Below, in pieces: positions 60,884 through 64,000 of a stretch of 64,000 nucleotides of DNA (its first letter is position 1; each line of letters opens with the position of its first letter). The stretch is from Marsupella aquatica (lineage: Eukaryota; Plantae; Marchantiophyta): assembly GCA_973895155.1 (NCBI GenBank), contig OZ316892.1:15058861-15122860 (forward strand), read 5' to 3'. The translations under genes and the position numbers were made by a program. The notes under the pieces are model-generated. The model had not been told where the DNA came from, did not search any database, and worked only from the letters and a program-made list of their open reading frames with translations.

Positions 60884-63800
60884 CTAATGATTATCACGAT
60901 CCACCGTTTGAAGGCGTGCTGATTCGGGACATATGGTCTTTGAGTTATGAGGTAGAGATGTGCCAGGATTTTGAACAATCACCAACGTGGGCCAGTGCAC
61001 ATCTTTGCCTTTTGCGCAAGATGTGGGCTGCACAATCAACTTTACAATATTAATCTCAGGTTCGCCCAAACAAAGAAGGATAAAGTAAGTTTACCTCACT
61101 ATCTTGACCAATACTAGGTGCGAGGCAGAGGCACTCATCAAATTCTTAAATAGAAATGAGTCAGTTCAGTGCAAGACTGAATACATTCTTGCAATTCCTA
61201 CAGAGCAATTTGGCTCACAAGTGGGTTGCCGATGAACTCTTACCACGCCAATATGCAATTCCTTGAAATTCAAGCTGTTGAACTCATTCACGTTCATGTC
61301 CTAGAACGCAACATTGCCAAATGTGACTGTTGTCCAACAATTTATCTGGTGAAGTCAATTGACCCCAATGAAGGTGCATAAACAACGCCTAAGAAAGTCA
61401 GCCCTTCCAAGGATGAACCACGAAAATACGACGAGCAACACTTACAACACTAAAGATTTGGGGCAACTTATGCTGGTCTGGAGAACGACAAGTTGGTATC
61501 ACCGTGAAGAATGGAGTCATCTCTCTCGATCGGAAGGTCCACCTGCCCGTAGAAGATGCAAAGGGTAAATTGATTATTACATTCTGGACCGAAAATTAAT
61601 GCGGAGGCTAGGCAGCTTGATTGGAGAGAACGTGGATGGATGGAGCTAACAATCAGTCATTTCACAATTTTGCAAGAGGAGTAACGAATTGAAAGTCCAC
61701 CGAGACCGAAAAGGGCCGTGGGCCAACACCGTACGGGGAATGGGAGAAGCTAAGGGAGGCCCAAGGCTGTCCAACTAGCACATTTCTTTAAAAAATTAAG
61801 GCATTGACCAACGACAAGTTAATGACACAGAGGTTAGGAATTCCACAGAACGATAATGCCAAGGTTTCAGGGCTGGGCTTCATCATAAGCTGAAATCCCT
61901 TCGGAAGGTGGATCTTGTGCTCACGAGGTCATAAAAGCTCTTACTCTAGAACACTGTAGGTAGAGCTGAGTATTGTTATCTGGTCGGTTTCGGATCGGAT
62001 GTCCCAGAAGGAACACAATCTGGTCGTTTTCAAAACCGCACATGGAAGAAACACACAGAATAAACCATACCCAATATAAAACAGTATGCCGATCTCGGTC
62101 CACTCTCGCACCATCAGCCACATCCAATAGTAATTTGCAACTCCATCTGGTCGGCAATGTATCTGCGATAACAATCATTTCTAGATATGAAGGCCGTGGC
62201 AGTGATAAAGGTGCAGTTTAACTTCTGTGAAAGAATGTGCGGCACAGAGTATCTCAAATAAGAAGAGATGTACCAAGATTTGACTAGCCATGATCACGTA
62301 CATTGCACCTTGAAAATTTCTGGGACATACCATGGTATCAAATTAGGGGGAATGATGGCAAATCTTTCACAAAACTAAATGTGTTTTCTTATTAGTGTAA
62401 ATGCTAGACCAGCCTTTGGAACACTTCGCAATCAACTTTGCAGTGTTGTTCGTCGAACAATTCTGGGATATTTCTGTACATTATCTGCCCCCATGATCCA
62501 AATTCTTCAATGGAGTTTAGTCTTATTTATTTTATTATTTATTTTATTGCCTTTTGGTTTTCTTTTATTCACTGATGACAGCTAGAAGGGATTACAAGAA
62601 ATCCAGGTAGGAGAGCAAAACCAAATCAGCCCGTTGTGACATGGCGGGAATGAGACAGACAGTTTGCATCAGGAAAACAGGAGCATCCTGTTCCGATGAC
62701 GCACCTATTCCACGATAGAGATGTACTGTAACAAGTCTCCGTGAGTGGGAGCTAGATAAAGTGTTGGTGCATAGAAGATGACAGAAGCCTGTAACGATCA
62801 GGCTCGTCAGTGTTGCTCTGTGGGAAATGAGTAAATCTCTCTTTGTCTCACTAGTGGTTAAGAAAAGCTCATTTCCCTGCAGACACATGCACTCTATGGT
62901 TCCTATTGTTGTACGTGTGCATCAAGATGAGCAAAAAAGTGTTTCCGGGGGGAAAGAGTACTTGAGCATATTATACTTGACGCAAACGGCAGTTTGCATC
63001 ATCAAGACACCCTCATTCTGCATGGACTGTAGCTGCTCCTTTAGAATCATTAAGTTTTGGGAAATGCGAATAAATATCACATACATCAGTAACATATACA
63101 TCAGAGCCACCAATACCTGCCACAATCAAAATAGAGACCATCGTCATTCAACATGAATCCTCTGTTACGGGACGTTCCCCTCGCTACCTTATACAATAGT
63201 CCGCACCGCTCAAGACCCGTGACTCTTTAGATGAGGTGTAGCACTGATTCTTTATTTGTATATACAACGATCAGTCCAATATGTATTTCACAATCTTGAG
63301 TGGACTTTCGGGTTGGAATCTTATAAACCAGAAGCCCCTTTTATCTTGATCTCTCACCATTTCTGATTACAACAGATCAGTTACTCAAGAATCGGACCCC
63401 CATCGAAAAATTCGAGACAAACAAACCCAGAAACACCTTTCCCAGCACAAAGTTCGTGCATCACTCTCTACAGGTCTATTTGACACACGTTTTGAATGCT
63501 TCGAGTCTTGAACAAAAGATCTGGAACTGCAAACCATGCATAAGATTTTAGTGCAATACAAAAAATTCACAGTTCAAAGGAAATGAGGTCCCTTACAACC
63601 CAGACGGTGAGTGCGAACATCGCTTCAGTACGGACCATGGATCATACAGGTGATATCGAATGAAACATGTACCACAAATTGAGGAATATCAGCCTTGTAT
63701 CCCGTAAGAAGCAAGTACAAAAGAGACGCAAGTATTGCTATGGAACGGCGATCCGAAAAGGAGAGATGTTCCCGCATTACGCAGTAACCGTGTGCTATAA

Positions 63801-63901
63801 GTAGAAAGGTAGCAAAACATGCTGTTTCGAAAAATATCCGAGATACGAAAACCCCAAATGCTAGCCAAAATGAGCAAGAGCTGAAATTTAGACATGAGTA
63901 C
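60884..63901 (-). CDS. Conserved plant multi-pass membrane protein (7TM/GOST-like C-terminal helices); 5' part lies outside the window
   Basis: Exons 63901-63673, 63116-62962, 62319-62274, 62162-62071, 61542-61446, 61300-61244, 61027-60884 in phase. Motifs FLLIAHGYC, ISQNLMILKEQL, FQGAM, VREW..ILFYIGWTFRS, LHIGVPTS and LVIVQNP. The last exon boundary is less certain. Confidence 0.8.
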
Positions 63902-64000
63902 CTGCAAGGCAACCAATTAAGTTTCGTTATTGAAAGTCTGGTTCATTTTTGCGACGGACTCTAGTATATTGACTGCTACATTAGCGACTCTAGGGTAAGC

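Overview
Eukaryotic nuclear DNA from a land plant, probably a non-seed plant such as a bryophyte (inferred from gene content, GT-AG introns and Arabidopsis-type telo-boxes). I hand-spliced or identified seven genes: ATP23, STN1, an intronless DUF616 (MUCI70-family) glycosyltransferase, CRL (CpcT/CpeT family), SDHAF1, a conserved multi-pass membrane protein cut by the window end, and an 8-exon gene that the ORF track misses. That last gene encodes a 242-aa protein combining a GATA-like zinc finger, a PHD finger, an AT-hook and a SAP30 Sin3-binding domain, and is the most interesting item. The intergenic DNA is layered transposon debris: (1) a decayed non-LTR element with R2/NeSL-type (RLE) motifs; (2) two inverted non-autonomous Helitrons; (3) a young Copia with ruined ORFs, an extra PBS+leader+partial third LTR, and a MITE in its 5' LTR; (4) five related solo LTRs; (5) a 3.8-kb TG...CA element with a 5-bp TSD carrying a ~617-codon ORF; (6) several minisatellites. 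All family assignments come from motif recognition by eye; no database search was run.
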